Below are positions 55,546 to 64,000 of a stretch of 64,000 bases of DNA, in pieces. Made by a program: the position numbers and the translations under genes. This DNA is from a virus: the IMG/VR virus record IMGVR_UViG_3300044644_001556, one strand, 5' to 3'. The notes under the pieces were generated by a model, which saw nothing but the letters and a program-made list of their open reading frames with translations, did not search any database and had not been told where the DNA came from. Numbering within the stretch: position 1 is the first letter of the stretch; every line of letters starts with the position of its first letter.

Positions 55546-56226
55546 TTAAGCAGGAACTAAAACTGCAGCTAAAGCTTCTAATTGTTCTTTAGATAATCCA
55601 GAATTATTAGTTATTGATTGGACTTGTCGTTCTTCCTCGAAATCATTTACGAATTGTTTATATTGATGATATAAGCGACTATTTTGCTTGATTACATCTT
55701 CACCTAATTCAAATCGACCTTTTAAAACTTCTTTCGCGTAACTTAATGCAAATCTATCTTCGGTTGCAATAGCCGCTTCGCCTAACGGAAATGGTTCTTT
55801 TAATATATTTCTAGAGTAATAAAATGCATAATGCGGATCAGATGCGATTATAGGCTCACCTAATTCAAATCGTTCTTTAATTACTTCGGCGTAAGTAAAT
55901 GCATATCCCGGATTATCGATGAATAAATGATCTGCTAAATGGAATCGACCTTTTAAAATAGTTTTTGCATAATTTAAACTAAATAGTTCATTTGTCGCAA
56001 TAATATCTTCGCCTAATGTAAATGGACCTTTTAAAACTTTATATGCATATTCGTAGCTATATTCTGCCGATAACGCAATTATCTGTTCTAATTCATCATT
56101 CGGTTCTTCTAACGCTAATGCAATTTGGAATGCGGCTTTCGGACTAATAACTTTAACTAATATTTCTTTAGCTGGAAAATCATTAGATTGATCTTTAATT
56201 TCATCTACTTGTGTAATTTCGGTCAT
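55546..56226 (-). CDS. helical repeat protein (~24 aa units)
   Basis: Repeats Y.YA..VLKGRF.LGE..IA. Confidence 0.7.
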   Translation of the reverse strand: MTEITQVDEIKDQSNDFPAKEILVKVISPKAAFQIALALEEPNDELEQIIALSAEYSYEYAYKVLKGPFTLGEDIIATNELFSLNYAKTILKGRFHLADHLFIDNPGYAFTYAEVIKERFELGEPIIASDPHYAFYYSRNILKEPFPLGEAAIATEDRFALSYAKEVLKGRFELGEDVIKQNSRLYHQYKQFVNDFEEERQVQSITNNSGLSKEQLEALAAVLVPA

Positions 56227-56277
56227 AAATATTCCTTTTTATAAATCGGTTAAGTCATAGAACTTTAAATTAATAAA

Positions 56278-56443
56278 TGACTGATGTATTACTATTTGTA
56301 TCCCAGATCAGTCAATAGATACGTTATACTCAATCTAACTCGAACCAAGGCAATGGTGTAAATTAAATTAGTACCTTATAAGGAGAGTGGACGCCCAAAC
56401 TATCCACTACTTATGATAAACGAACTTTCGATAGTAATTGCAA
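56278..56443 (-). ncRNA. double-pseudoknot leader RNA, copy B
   Basis: Homologous to 51900-52047. Confidence 0.6.
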
Positions 56444-56502
56444 AATTTGTCCGTACACCATGAACATATGAAGTCACTCATCATGCCATATTCTTTAAAT
56501 CG

Positions 56503-56973
56503 TTAGCCGTCCCATTCGACTAACGTTGCGTTATTTCCGATCGCAAATTCTTCTAATAATTCAATAACTCGATTTTCATCCCCGCCTGCTAATCCGCAGC
56601 CGATTAATGGGAATCCGAATCGTTTACCTTTTAATGCGTCGATACTACCTAATTGTCTTAAGATATTTTTAAAACCATCATATTCAAAAACATCTTCACC
56701 TCGACTAAAATCATATTGTGTATATGCATTACAAATAATAAATATCCGACCGTTCCGCTCTACTGTCGTAAAATTATAAGTCCCGACTTTATTTGCGCCT
56801 TTTACTGTTAAATTATCACTAACTACGACTTCGGGAAATAATTTAGCGATCTGACCAGCAATACCACTAGCCATCACATTAAAACAATTACACCCATGAA
56901 CAATTACATCAAATTTTCCATCAGTTGCTAATTGTAATAAATCGCCGGTTACTCGTTTTAAATGTTTAGTCAT
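56503..56973 (-). CDS. macro domain (ADP-ribose binding/hydrolase) protein
   Basis: GDLL, HGCNC...MASGIA.QI, NAYTQ, PLIGCGLAGG. Confidence 0.88.
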   Translation of the reverse strand: MTKHLKRVTGDLLQLATDGKFDVIVHGCNCFNVMASGIAGQIAKLFPEVVVSDNLTVKGANKVGTYNFTTVERNGRIFIICNAYTQYDFSRGEDVFEYDGFKNILRQLGSIDALKGKRFGFPLIGCGLAGGDENRVIELLEEFAIGNNATLVEWDG

Positions 56974-57037
56974 TATCTATTCCGTTTATTTTTAATTCAA
57001 TATATTATAATACGATAATACACATAAGTCAACAAAA

Positions 57038-57613
57038 TTATTCATTATATGCGGCCATTACTAAACCAACATAATTTTTCGTTTCTGGATATGGTGGGAT
57101 ACTATTATTATGGCGCATTACGGCATGTTCGCCAGCATTATAACCAGCAATTGCTAATTTAGTATCCTTAAATGTATCTAATAAAAATTTAAGAAATTTT
57201 ACTCCACCGTCGATATTTTGTTTAGCGTCGGCTCGATCAGATACTCCAAATCGAGTAGCAGTTGCCGGCATTAATTGCATTAAACCAACAGCTCCTTTTT
57301 TACTGACCGCTTTAGTCCTATATGTACTTTCAGTTTTAATAACCGCATGTATTAATTTTTCATCAACATTATATTTTAATGATGCTTTATGAATATAACT
57401 ATTAATTTCTTGTGCAGTTAAAACTTTAGGTTTTATTTTCGGTTTAGTCGATGCTTTTATAATAGGTTGTATTATTTTTATAGTCGGACTATTATTGGGT
57501 AAAACAATCGGATCACTAGTTATAAACAATCTACCGGAATTATCAGATTCTATATAAACATTCGCACTAACCGGCGTTATAATTAATGCAGATACTATTA
57601 ATGCTTTTATCAT
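57038..57613 (-). CDS. lytic transglycosylase (SLT domain)
   Basis: AVIKTES, A.S.KGAVGLMQLMP.TA, NI.GG, AGYNAG, IPPY.ET.NYV; N-terminal signal. Confidence 0.92.
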   Translation of the reverse strand: MIKALIVSALIITPVSANVYIESDNSGRLFITSDPIVLPNNSPTIKIIQPIIKASTKPKIKPKVLTAQEINSYIHKASLKYNVDEKLIHAVIKTESTYRTKAVSKKGAVGLMQLMPATATRFGVSDRADAKQNIDGGVKFLKFLLDTFKDTKLAIAGYNAGEHAVMRHNNSIPPYPETKNYVGLVMAAYNE

Positions 57614-57749
57614 ATAATTTACCTTTTATTAAATAAGTTAGTTAATACAACAATATTAATTATACAGCATTTACCGATAAATGACTAACAATAAATCCAA
57701 AACATCTTCATCGTTAGTCTAATATAATCATAAGATGAGATTATTAACA

Positions 57750-58256
57750 TTAATTATAGCAAATTTTATTAACTAAGTTATTTACGGTAGATAAACCATT
57801 TTTACCAGTTATCTCAAATACTAATTTTTGATTTGTTAGATAAATTAAAAGTATATTAATATTAGAAGTATTTTCGTAAATATTAATTGCGCTAATATTA
57901 GCTAACGGAATAATATATAGTCCGCCACTAGTAGAAAGAACTAATGGTGTTTTGCATCCACCAGGTTGAATATTTTTTATATTATCTGTTTTAATAATTT
58001 CATTATCGGAATGGTCCGAATCATCTTTCGTTGTAGTAGTGGTTACTGATGCTACTATTTGTGGATCAGTTTTAATAATTTCATTATCCGAATGACCCGA
58101 ATCGTCTTCCGTTGTAGTAGTGGTTGTAGTTACTGATGCTACTATTTGTGGATCAGTTTTATGTCGGGCATTATTTTGGGCGATCGTTCCCGCAACGACT
58201 GTAATCCCGAAAATAATTATCGATACTAGACATACTTTTGCTATATCATCAATCAT
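57750..58256 (-). CDS. membrane protein with internal Thr-rich duplication
   Basis: N-terminal TM; KTDPQIVASVTTTTT..DDS.HSDNEII twice. Confidence 0.6.
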   Translation of the reverse strand: MIDDIAKVCLVSIIIFGITVVAGTIAQNNARHKTDPQIVASVTTTTTTTEDDSGHSDNEIIKTDPQIVASVTTTTTKDDSDHSDNEIIKTDNIKNIQPGGCKTPLVLSTSGGLYIIPLANISAINIYENTSNINILLIYLTNQKLVFEITGKNGLSTVNNLVNKICYN

Positions 58257-58674
58257 TTACTAATTCCTTATTCGTTTTATCTTTAATTAATATTACGTTA
58301 TTTTTACTACTTTTACCAAAAAAATCTATTAATCCAGTTTCGAAATCATAAACCCAAGCTAATGGACTATGATGTTCAACACTAGACCAATATCTCTTAT
58401 TGTATAAATCACCGACCGCATTATATATTTGACCTAATTCATCAATATCTGGTAATCGCCATCCATCTAAATTAGCTTGCTGGATTTCATGCCAAGTTAA
58501 TGGAATATCGTAACCTAGTGATACTTCAAATGGTAAACCTAATAACTTACCTGAGGCGGCTTTTTGCTTTAATGCGATTATTCGATCAAAAAATTCATCA
58601 CTTAACGGCTTTGCTTGTTCTACTAATAACTGATTATCTAATAACGTCAAAATAGCAGCTTCAAAATCATTCAT
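58249..58674 (-). CDS. DUF1566/Lcl-like protein
   Basis: LTWHE...GWRLP.IDEL...YWSS...AW.YDF..G. Confidence 0.75.
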   Translation of the reverse strand: MNDFEAAILTLLDNQLLVEQAKPLSDEFFDRIIALKQKAASGKLLGLPFEVSLGYDIPLTWHEIQQANLDGWRLPDIDELGQIYNAVGDLYNKRYWSSVEHHSPLAWVYDFETGLIDFFGKSSKNNVILIKDKTNKELVND

Positions 58675-58861
58675 AATAATACTCGATTACTTATATTCGC
58701 CAATTTCGGATTCGTAGGTTAAATCGCAGCAATTACAAACATGCCATTCAACATTTTTTGGCGCATCAGGCCAATAATGAAACATTTTACATCCACACTG
58801 ACATGTAAATACATTTCCTTTTATTTTAATAAAATGAGAATCAATTACAGTATCCATATTA

Positions 58862-59308
58862 TCATTTAAACCAATTTAATATATTATCGATGAATGACGG
58901 TAACGGTTTAGGTTTACTGATAGGTATATCCCATGTTATAGTCAGCCCATCTACGATTTTGGAAACCGCTATTAAAAATGAATTTGGCTCGACGATATAA
59001 CCGGCATTAATAAAATCATTAGTTAATTGAAGTTCGAACCAAGTTATTTCAAACGGATTAACTTCTTTTAAATGTTCGTAACACCACGGCATTAATAATT
59101 GAGTATCTCTAATGTAATATGTTTTCGGCGTAAAACAAATATGAACCGACATATGACCGTCGGCACCCAAGTTTTCCATCGTGGTTAATAATCGTGATAC
59201 GATTCTACTATAATCGGGTAATAAATTACGGTTCTTCGCCTCAATCGATATTTTTTTTAATTCTTGAGCTGCCGTTATTTTCGGAATTGAAACCATAATA
59301 CCTCTCAT
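58862..59308 (-). CDS. hypothetical protein
   Basis: 148 aa ORF. Confidence 0.5.
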   Translation of the reverse strand: MRGIMVSIPKITAAQELKKISIEAKNRNLLPDYSRIVSRLLTTMENLGADGHMSVHICFTPKTYYIRDTQLLMPWCYEHLKEVNPFEITWFELQLTNDFINAGYIVEPNSFLIAVSKIVDGLTITWDIPISKPKPLPSFIDNILNWFK

Positions 59309-59368
59309 TTATAAAATAATTAAAAATAATATTATAATACAATCATAATATTAAATCAATACAAAAAA

Positions 59369-59626
59369 TTAATTATATCGTATTGGAACAATAACGAACG
59401 TGCGACCAGTCTTTAAAATCATTTCTATTAATAATGGATTATCATCGCGAAACATCATATCTGTAATATTTAAATCTACTGGTAGTATATGACGCATAGC
59501 TAAAATATTATCGAAAGTGGGTAATATCCAATCTTGATGTCCATTATATTCCAAAAATTGACAATATAATTCAGCTTGGTAATACCCCATGGTTTGATTT
59601 GTTAAGGGTGGGGCATATTCTATCAT
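59369..59626 (-). CDS. mini DUF1566/Lcl-like protein
   Basis: MIEYAP...LYCQFLEYNGHQDWILPT...IVPIR. Confidence 0.7.
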   Translation of the reverse strand: MIEYAPPLTNQTMGYYQAELYCQFLEYNGHQDWILPTFDNILAMRHILPVDLNITDMMFRDDNPLLIEMILKTGRTFVIVPIRYN

Positions 59627-59914
59627 AAATTAAAACTACGGAAGTGACTCATTCTTTTATAAATCGTATTTTTGTTAATTTAGTAACAAATGTAGTCGGT
59701 CTTAATTTAGTAATGCATATAGTTTCTAATTTATCATCAACTGTTATATGACTAATATCGTATTCTCTACCTTTATAATTTGCTATACATCTATAGCCAG
59801 ATGAAATGCGATATGCTTCTTTTTGATATGAATTATATTCATTATTAAAATTATCGACGTCAGTCGAATAAATTTTTTGTTCTTTTATTAAATCTGAAAT
59901 ATTCATTGTTTATT

Positions 59915-60124
59915 TTAGTTATCAATTGACCTTACTGGAGTAACGGTAAATTTACCGCGAGTCTGATCATCTAAATACCAACCATAAATTCCGTGAGTAT
60001 TATGATATTCTTCTTTAGTAGGTAATCGCCAATTATTAAACCCGTCATGATTACAAAAAGTACAATACAATAACGCATCATCATAAGTCATCTCTTTTTC
60101 CGTTCTCGGAGCTTGTATAAACAT
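59915..60124 (-). CDS. mini DUF1566/Lcl-like protein
   Basis: MTYDDALLYC.F..HDGFNNWRLPT...VTPVR. Confidence 0.72.
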   Translation of the reverse strand: MFIQAPRTEKEMTYDDALLYCTFCNHDGFNNWRLPTKEEYHNTHGIYGWYLDDQTRGKFTVTPVRSIDN

Positions 60125-60443
60125 AATTTACCATATAAATTTAGCTCCGCATATTAAGGCGGAGCTAATAACATTAAGCTGCGTCTAATAGTTGTATTTG
60201 AATATCGTTTTTTGCTTCCGCTATATGAGTATCTACGTAATGATCAGCGATTCTCATAATTTGAAATGTATTGATATCGCCTTCTACTTCACCTTCAGTC
60301 ATTTTTTCGTAGATAGCGTCTAATAACCAATCACCTAACATTAAATCGTTATCTTTAACTGTTATTGTAGTTACTACTTTATATGTCTTTGCCATGTTTT
60401 TCCTTTACTATTAATTAATCTCAAGTTATTTATATTCGAGTAA

Positions 60444-60677
60444 TTATTGATCGATGCTTATATTTTTATTGCGGACTGGATAAACAACTAACGATAGACC
60501 TTTTCGATTATATAGACTTTGGCTTTGATTATGCCAACCATGAATTTGAGTATATTCTATCCATTCGGTCCATGTCGGCATTCGCCAATCAGCATATCCA
60601 TTATAATTTAAAAATTGACAATATAATATCGCATCTTCTAATAAAACTAAACCTGATCTAGGAGCTATTTCTATCAT
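60444..60677 (-). CDS. mini DUF1566/Lcl-like protein
   Basis: MIEIAP...DAILYCQFLNYNGYADWRMPT...VYPVR. Confidence 0.72.
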   Translation of the reverse strand: MIEIAPRSGLVLLEDAILYCQFLNYNGYADWRMPTWTEWIEYTQIHGWHNQSQSLYNRKGLSLVVYPVRNKNISIDQ

Positions 60678-60898
60678 GCAGTTCTAATTGGCGTTACTAT
60701 CCGCACAAATCTAACATTAATACTACCCTCGTACCAAATATTAATCATTGATCCTCTACTCTTACTGTTAATATAATAATATTCTTCTTTAGTAGGCATT
60801 CGCCAATCATTATATCCATTATAATTTAAAAATTGACAATATAATAATGCATCAGCATATACCATTTTATTTTTTGGGGATGGGGCTATTTCTATCAT
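60674..60898 (-). CDS. mini DUF1566/Lcl-like protein
   Basis: Start MIEIAPS in an ATGA overlap; DALLYCQFLNYNGYNDWRMPT...VTPIR. Confidence 0.72.
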   Translation of the reverse strand: MIEIAPSPKNKMVYADALLYCQFLNYNGYNDWRMPTKEEYYYINSKSRGSMINIWYEGSINVRFVRIVTPIRTA

Positions 60899-61101
60899 AT
60901 ATCTCGCACCGGAACTATAGCCCAATCCCCATCATCAAATTGAATAATCATCTGACACCAACTTATAATATGATAATCATCACATTCTTTTTTAGTCGGC
61001 ATTCGCCAATCATTATGGCCCCGGTATTCTAAAAATTGGCAATATAATATAGCGTTATTATATGTCATTAATTCCGATAATTCTTCCGCTATCTCGATCA
61101 T
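60895..61101 (-). CDS. mini DUF1566/Lcl-like protein
   Basis: MIEIAE...AILYCQFLEYRGHNDWRMPT...IVPVRDI. Confidence 0.72.
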   Translation of the reverse strand: MIEIAEELSELMTYNNAILYCQFLEYRGHNDWRMPTKKECDDYHIISWCQMIIQFDDGDWAIVPVRDI

Positions 61102-61313
61102 ATATCACGAACTGGATTTACCGGAGCTAATAACCCAGGTCGAAACTTCATATCAACCTGCCACCAATGATCATACCCGAGACCATATTCTTTACATTCA
61201 GCAAATGTCGGTAATCGCCAATCAGTATAACCATTATAATTTAAAAATTGGCAATATAATATTGCATCATCATACGATAATAGTTTTTTACATTTTGGCG
61301 CTATTTCTATCAT
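61098..61313 (-). CDS. mini DUF1566/Lcl-like protein
   Basis: MIEIAPK...DAILYCQFLNYNGYTDWRLPT...VNPVRDI. Confidence 0.72.
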   Translation of the reverse strand: MIEIAPKCKKLLSYDDAILYCQFLNYNGYTDWRLPTFAECKEYGLGYDHWWQVDMKFRPGLLAPVNPVRDI

Positions 61314-61476
61314 TATTTCCAATTGTTACAAAAAATACCTTGATGTAATCTTACAATTCCGTATAAGATATATTTGTAAATTGTCGCCCATAATGGTAAT
61401 TTGTTATTAGTGAAACATAACATTTCGAAATGTTCATATATTGTTTGCATATTTAATTTTCCTTGATATAAATGTA

Positions 61477-61725
61477 TTAATGATACTTGATAACACAATT
61501 ACCACTAACTTCGACCATACTGTTCGATTCTTTATCTATAAAATAATAACCGTCGGATTCATGGCTATTCATAATCTTACCAGTACTATCACCATCGTAA
61601 ATTACAGTATCACCCGAATAACATTTGACATGCCCTGATTCACCTAATGATTTAAATTTACCGATATTCGCATCAGTACATGCACTTACCATCAATGTAA
61701 AAATTATAATTAAACTTTGTTTCAT
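61477..61725 (-). CDS. small lipoprotein
   Basis: Lipobox MVSAC; CYSG...GY.F...VSG.C. Confidence 0.65.
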   Translation of the reverse strand: MKQSLIIIFTLMVSACTDANIGKFKSLGESGHVKCYSGDTVIYDGDSTGKIMNSHESDGYYFIDKESNSMVEVSGNCVIKYH

Positions 61726-61734
61726 TTTATTTTC

Positions 61735-61956
61735 CTATTTTATATCTCGAACTGGTGTTATATGTAATTTAAAATCTTTACCGGAATAATGATCTGCATC
61801 GTATAACCACCCCCATACTTCAATCGTATTTTGATGCCAATCAAACATATTCGGCATCCGCCAATCGGTATACCCATCATACTCTAAAAATCGACAATAT
61901 AATAACGCTTCATCATAAGTCATTTTTTTATCAGCAATCGGAGCTATTTGAATCAT
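61735..61956 (-). CDS. mini DUF1566/Lcl-like protein
   Basis: MIQIAP...MTYDEALLYCRFLEYDGYTDWRMP...ITPVRDI. Confidence 0.72.
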   Translation of the reverse strand: MIQIAPIADKKMTYDEALLYCRFLEYDGYTDWRMPNMFDWHQNTIEVWGWLYDADHYSGKDFKLHITPVRDIK

Positions 61957-62301
61957 TATTCATTCACTGAATAAACAAAATCATTAATATTAAATTGGTC
62001 GGTGTAATACCGCAACTCAATATCTCGATCTAAATACAATAACATCCCATCACCGTTTAATGGATCAATCTCTAAATCTAATGATTTAACTTCGCATATA
62101 TTCATACCAGTAATAAATTTTACGGAGCAATTATCATTAACGATTAAATAATTACCAGAACCACTAGCAATACCTTTTTCTTTTAACTCAATTAAAAAAT
62201 CATGATACGTCATTTTTATTAACCTCTAAAAAATAAACTACACATACAAATACAAATGATTGTATTATACAAAATATATCTACTATTTTTTCTGGTTCCA
62301 T

Positions 62302-62520
62302 TTAAATATCCCTTACTGGTACAACATACCAACCATCCGAGTCGTCTTTTAATGCATCATCCAAATACCAAACATCAGATTGATATAAATCAGCATCATC
62401 ATATTCTGGTTTCGTTAATAACCGCCAATCGTTATAACCACCGTAAGTACAAAATGCACAATATAAAACTGCATCATCATACGACATTCGATTGTCTGAT
62501 TTAATTCCCCATTCTAACAT
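62302..62520 (-). CDS. mini DUF1566/Lcl-like protein
   Basis: MSYDDAVLYC.FC.YGGYNDWRL...VVPVRDI. Confidence 0.7.
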   Translation of the reverse strand: MLEWGIKSDNRMSYDDAVLYCAFCTYGGYNDWRLLTKPEYDDADLYQSDVWYLDDALKDDSDGWYVVPVRDI

Positions 62521-62829
62521 GCAATCTCTCGCTGTAATTCTTGTTCTAATATTTCAACTTGATTATCAGTTAAATTCAACTTGTATAATAAGATATTTAA
62601 ATTACCGATACTCCGGCCAAATGCGTTAGCATAATAAACATAATTAGCTGCTCCTTCATTTTCTTTTTGAGTCGCTAATCTATGACAATCATCAGAATGT
62701 CTATTAACGTACGCATTAATTTTATGATATTTTGTTAATACTGTAGTTTCGTTAAATATATCTAATTGTTCCATTTTATAGTCTCTTATTAAATTAGTTA
62801 ATTAATACAACTAATATATTATAATACAG

Positions 62830-63342
62830 CTAATCAATATTATCAATATTTTTATTTGTAACGATAATACACGGCAACCTATCTGAGGGGGCGACCGGTA
62901 TTTCGTAATATGAATGATAACTATGCCTACCCATTAGCGCCTCATGCCAAATTATACTAGAACGTTTCGCATCAATTAACGGAATTGAACCGACATAATA
63001 TTTTTCTGGTATATCAGCTTTAGTATTACTAATCCAGATAAATCGACCCCGAGGTATATCAGTTCGATTATTATATAAGTTCGTTATTGCGTATATTTCA
63101 TCATTATTAGGTAATCGCCAATCAATATTAAAACAAAGCAATAATTTTACTTCATCATGGGTTAATAAATTATCAATTACCTTATACTCAAGTTTATCAT
63201 CAATTGCTAATAAATCATCTATAACTCGTTGTTGAATTGATAATAGCCGGCGTTTATCGTACCAAAACCATAAACTTACAGATAACCATATGATTGCAGT
63301 AAGACCGACTGCAAAAAGACCATGCATAATATTTACCCACAT
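62830..63342 (-). CDS. membrane-anchored divergent DUF1566/Lcl-like protein
   Basis: N-terminal TM helix, then LTHDE...DWRLPN.DEI...IWIS. Confidence 0.55.
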   Translation of the reverse strand: MWVNIMHGLFAVGLTAIIWLSVSLWFWYDKRRLLSIQQRVIDDLLAIDDKLEYKVIDNLLTHDEVKLLLCFNIDWRLPNNDEIYAITNLYNNRTDIPRGRFIWISNTKADIPEKYYVGSIPLIDAKRSSIIWHEALMGRHSYHSYYEIPVAPSDRLPCIIVTNKNIDNID

Positions 63343-63875
63343 TATTGTATAAAATATGGTATATCGCGTTTAGTCCATTTAAATATATGACGCTTTCCGT
63401 TATTGTAATAATTATGGTACGCTTTAACCGAACTACTATCCTTATACTCATCTGGCATGGCGGGTGGAGGCTCACTAAATGCATTTGATGAAATATTAGC
63501 AGGCAAATTAACTAAATACTTTAATAATCTAGATGAAGCATGTACTTTACCATAACGATACGTATACTCTTCCATTAATTTAACCCACAAATTATACAAC
63601 CATGTATAATTATCACGACTTTGTCTTACCCAGGCACTAGAGGGGTGATTTGTATGCGAATCTTGATATAAATTTTCATTTAATTCTAAATCAGCTAAAA
63701 CATAACGTTTAACTTTTTTACCAGAGTTAGATAATACCTGCATTTGTTCACCATCTAACACTCGATGAGCTACTGATAATAATTGCGCGTATTCTAATAT
63801 CATTTTAACGCAATGTTTATCGGTATGATACCGAGCACATAATTCTACATCATGATCTAAATAAAATATATTCAT
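63342..63875 (-). CDS. pyrimidine-dimer DNA glycosylase / endonuclease V-like protein
   Basis: MNIFYLD...HTDKHCVKMILEYAQLL...H.NHPS..W...EY..RYGK.H...AMPDEYK. Confidence 0.75.
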   Translation of the reverse strand: MNIFYLDHDVELCARYHTDKHCVKMILEYAQLLSVAHRVLDGEQMQVLSNSGKKVKRYVLADLELNENLYQDSHTNHPSSAWVRQSRDNYTWLYNLWVKLMEEYTYRYGKVHASSRLLKYLVNLPANISSNAFSEPPPAMPDEYKDSSSVKAYHNYYNNGKRHIFKWTKRDIPYFIQ

Positions 63876-64000
63876 CCTAACTTCTCCATTTAATTAGTTA
63901 ATTTTTCAATACCAATATATTATAAGATATCTAGACAAATTAGTCTACCATTCCCTAGCTAATATATTATATTATTGTGTTATTTTGATTTTAATTTGGA

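Noticed and set aside
59369-62520. Diversity-generating retroelement
   Set aside because: No reverse transcriptase in the window and no visible TR/VR pair differing only at adenines; cannot be excluded elsewhere in the genome.

Overview
AT-rich fragment of a large (jumbo, T4-like promoter logic) tailed-phage genome. Its host is probably a gammaproteobacterial methanotroph (Methylococcales), because it carries a stand-alone pmoC (39469-40227). Left arm: large + strand virion and tail-fibre genes behind ATAAATA late promoters. The rest is a dense minus-strand early/accessory region with NAMPT plus NMNAT-Nudix NAD salvage, an RNA ligase, SF2 helicase, GroES, parvulin, Pth2, macro domain, lytic transglycosylase, DenV-like glycosylase, a 9x FN3 protein and 12 tRNA genes. 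Most unusual observations: (1) A cluster of tRNA-mimic and structured RNAs at about 41.3-45.1 kb. It includes a three-unit array [UGACnG-GGAAAGAC hairpin + long ACUAUCA clamp stem + cargo, in two units a tRNA body with an aberrant anticodon arm], a circularly permuted Y-RNA-like tRNA mimic with its own sigma70 promoter, and two sibling ACAGCAA hairpins. (2) 23 paralogous miniature DUF1566/Lcl (C-type-lectin-like) genes with hypervariable C-termini. (3) A multi-hairpin ~300-nt leader on pmoC. (4) A two-copy covarying double-pseudoknot leader RNA. All family assignments come from motif recognition by eye; no searches were run.
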